Positions 61,918 to 64,000 of a stretch of DNA of 64,000 nucleotides are shown piece by piece (positions within the stretch are counted from its first letter, which is position 1; every line of letters starts with the position of its first letter). The notes below the pieces were generated by a model, which worked only from the letters and a program-made list of their open reading frames with translations, ran no database searches and was not told where the DNA came from. Source of the DNA: the human T2T-CHM13v2.0 reference genome, Homo sapiens; NCBI RefSeq assembly GCF_009914755.1, contig NC_060928.1; one strand, 5' to 3'. Both the position numbers and the translations under genes were made by a program.

Positions 61918-62199
61918 TGAGAACTCAGGGGCCTGGACTTCTCCAAATGATCTCTCCAGCAGAGAGGCTGGACATCTTCTATAGCACCTCAGGGCTCCTA
62001 AGAACGCGGAAGTAGGAGTTGCCAGGTCTTATTAAGACTGAGTCCTGAAACAGGTGCAGCATCACTTCCACTGCACTCTCTTGGTTAAAGCAAGTCACAT
62101 ACCCAACCCAGAGTGGAGTACATGAGGTCCTGACTTCCAGGAGGTGTGTACACCAGGAGGGGTGTTTCACTGGGGGCCATCAATGTAATGAACTGTCAT
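61661..62199 (-). mobile_element. MLT1 (G/H-like) MaLR LTR with internal (CT)n
   Basis: TGTGTAACAAACCATCCCAAAACTTAGTG..CATCACTTCCACTGC..AAAGCAAGTCAC. Confidence 0.78.
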
Positions 62200-63231
62200 A
62201 GCAAGTGAGGCAGAGCATTGATTCTAGCAATTCTTTTAGAGACTCTGAGACCCTTGGAGACAGAACTGTAGAGATCATCTAGCCCAACTCATTGAGGAAA
62301 CGGAGGTCCTGATGACTACTGTCCACAGGGGCCGTGTGGATGCTCTGGGTTTTCGCTTAAAGAAGTGACAAGTTAAGGAACCATATATATTTTGTAGAGA
62401 AAAAGGTCTTGAAATGGTAGTGGCCAATTTTCAAAAATTTCAAATACATAGCATATCCCAGAGAATGAGGATATGCTATATTTTTAGACAAAGTATGCTA
62501 AGTCACTACTGATCAAACAATCACTGGAATGACTTGACAAGAGGAACAGAGTGCCACTTATCTGAATTCTCAGCCAAATGGGAGGATGTTTCTTTTCCTT
62601 TATAGGCTTATTGTTAAAAGGTGTTTTGTACCACCGAATAATTTCCCTCTAAAGAAATAAAAGAAATCCTGGGAACCAGTAAGATTCATGACTCCTGCAA
62701 AATCCTAAATTTCCCTCAATAATTTCCCTTTTCTAAAAAGAAAAAAAAGTCGCTGGATGACCAAGATTGTTCTAAATTCCTGGGTTGGTATTTAGGCTCA
62801 CGGAGTAGTTTCTTCAGTTGAGGTTTCTGAGCATCTTCTCAGGAAGATGGCGCTGCCTCAGACTTTCCCAGCACAGTGCCCCTAGTGGCAGAAGAGAAGG
62901 TTGCGTGCTGCTGGGCTCTAGCTCTAAATGTACCTGAAAATACTTTTTCTTGAATTCTCCTCTTAATCTTTAAAATTTATGTTAACCTTTCCTTCTGCTC
63001 TATGATATATTCATAATTGTTTTAAAATAAAATATAATGTTTTAGATTATTCATCACTTACGGGGATAGTCAAGGCTATCCCCGTTTCCCCCTCCCCTCC
63101 CCTCCCCTCCGTCTAATTACTGGACATCTTTGAAACACTTGACAAAATCAATTATTTTTTAAATTTTAGATTAAATTATTTTCGGCAAACGTTTTAAGTC
63201 CCTCCCCTTTGACCTCCGTGGGACGAATATA

Positions 63232-64000
63232 CAGTCATATACTACATAACAACCTTTCTGTCAACAACAGACCACATATAGAATGGTGGTCCCATAAGAT
63301 TATAATGAAGCTAAAACATTCCCACCACCTACAGAGGTTGTAGCCGTGGGAAAGTCGTAGCACAATGCATTACTCACGTGTTTGTGGTGATGCTAGTGTA
63401 AACAAACCTGCTGTGCTGCCAGCCACATGAAAGTCTAGCATATGCAATTATGTACAGTATGTAAAACTTGATCATAATAATAAACTATGTTACTGGTTTA
63501 TATATTTACTACACTATACTTTTAATCGTTATTTTAGGGTATACTCCTCCTACTTAGAAAAAAGTTAGCTACAAAATAGCCTCAGGCAGTTACTTCAGGA
63601 GCTATTCTAGAAGAAGGCATTGTTAGCATGGGTGATGACAGTTCCATGCTGCCCCTGAAGACCTGCCAGTGGGACAAGATGTGGAGGTGGAAGACAGTGA
63701 GATTCATTGTCCTTACTCTGTGTAGGCCTAAGCTAGTCTGTGTTTGTATCTTAGTTTTTAACAAAAAAGTTTAAAATGTAAAGAAAATACATAATTTTAA
63801 AAATAGAAAAATGCTTTTAAAATAGTATATAAAGAAAATATATTTCTCAGACATTGGTACAATGTGTTTGTGTTTTAAGTGTTATTACAAAAGAGACAAA
63901 AAGCTTTTAACAATTTTAAAATGTATAAAGTAAAATAGTTACAGTAAGCTGAGGTTAATTTATTATTGAAGGCTGTAAGTTAATTTATTATTTTCTAGAT
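63232..64000 (+). mobile_element. Tigger3b/Golem-type DNA transposon remnant (runs off the window)
   Basis: TA|CAGTCAT.. terminus; GGTGGTCCCATAAGATTATAAT; CCAGTGGGACAAGATGTGGAGGTGGAAGACAGTGA. Confidence 0.85.

Overview
Primate, most likely human, genomic DNA containing the 5' end of GATB (PET112; mitochondrial glutamyl-tRNA(Gln) amidotransferase subunit B) on the minus strand. Coding exon 1 is 22084-21909 and exon 2 is 20024-19874. About 20 kb of intron 2 runs off the left edge, and a CpG-island promoter lies at about 21.6-22.4 kb. The remaining ~42 kb is upstream sequence with no recognisable protein-coding gene. It is dense in interspersed repeats (Alu, L1, L2, MIR, MaLR and ERV1 solo LTRs, Tigger and hAT MITEs). 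Nearly all ORFs in the track are repeat-derived or chance. I see no evidence of a new multi-gene system. The most unusual signals are: (i) a two-donor templated insertion inside a TA microsatellite at 30443-30517; (ii) a symmetric ZNF143/ETS/ARE promoter; (iii) a perfect 4-unit heat-shock element 4 kb upstream; and (iv) strong orphan splice signals on the GATB strand far upstream (a 10-nt microexon-like unit and an AG|GTAAGT junction). Repeat subfamily names are recognised by eye from remembered consensus sequences, not from a database run.
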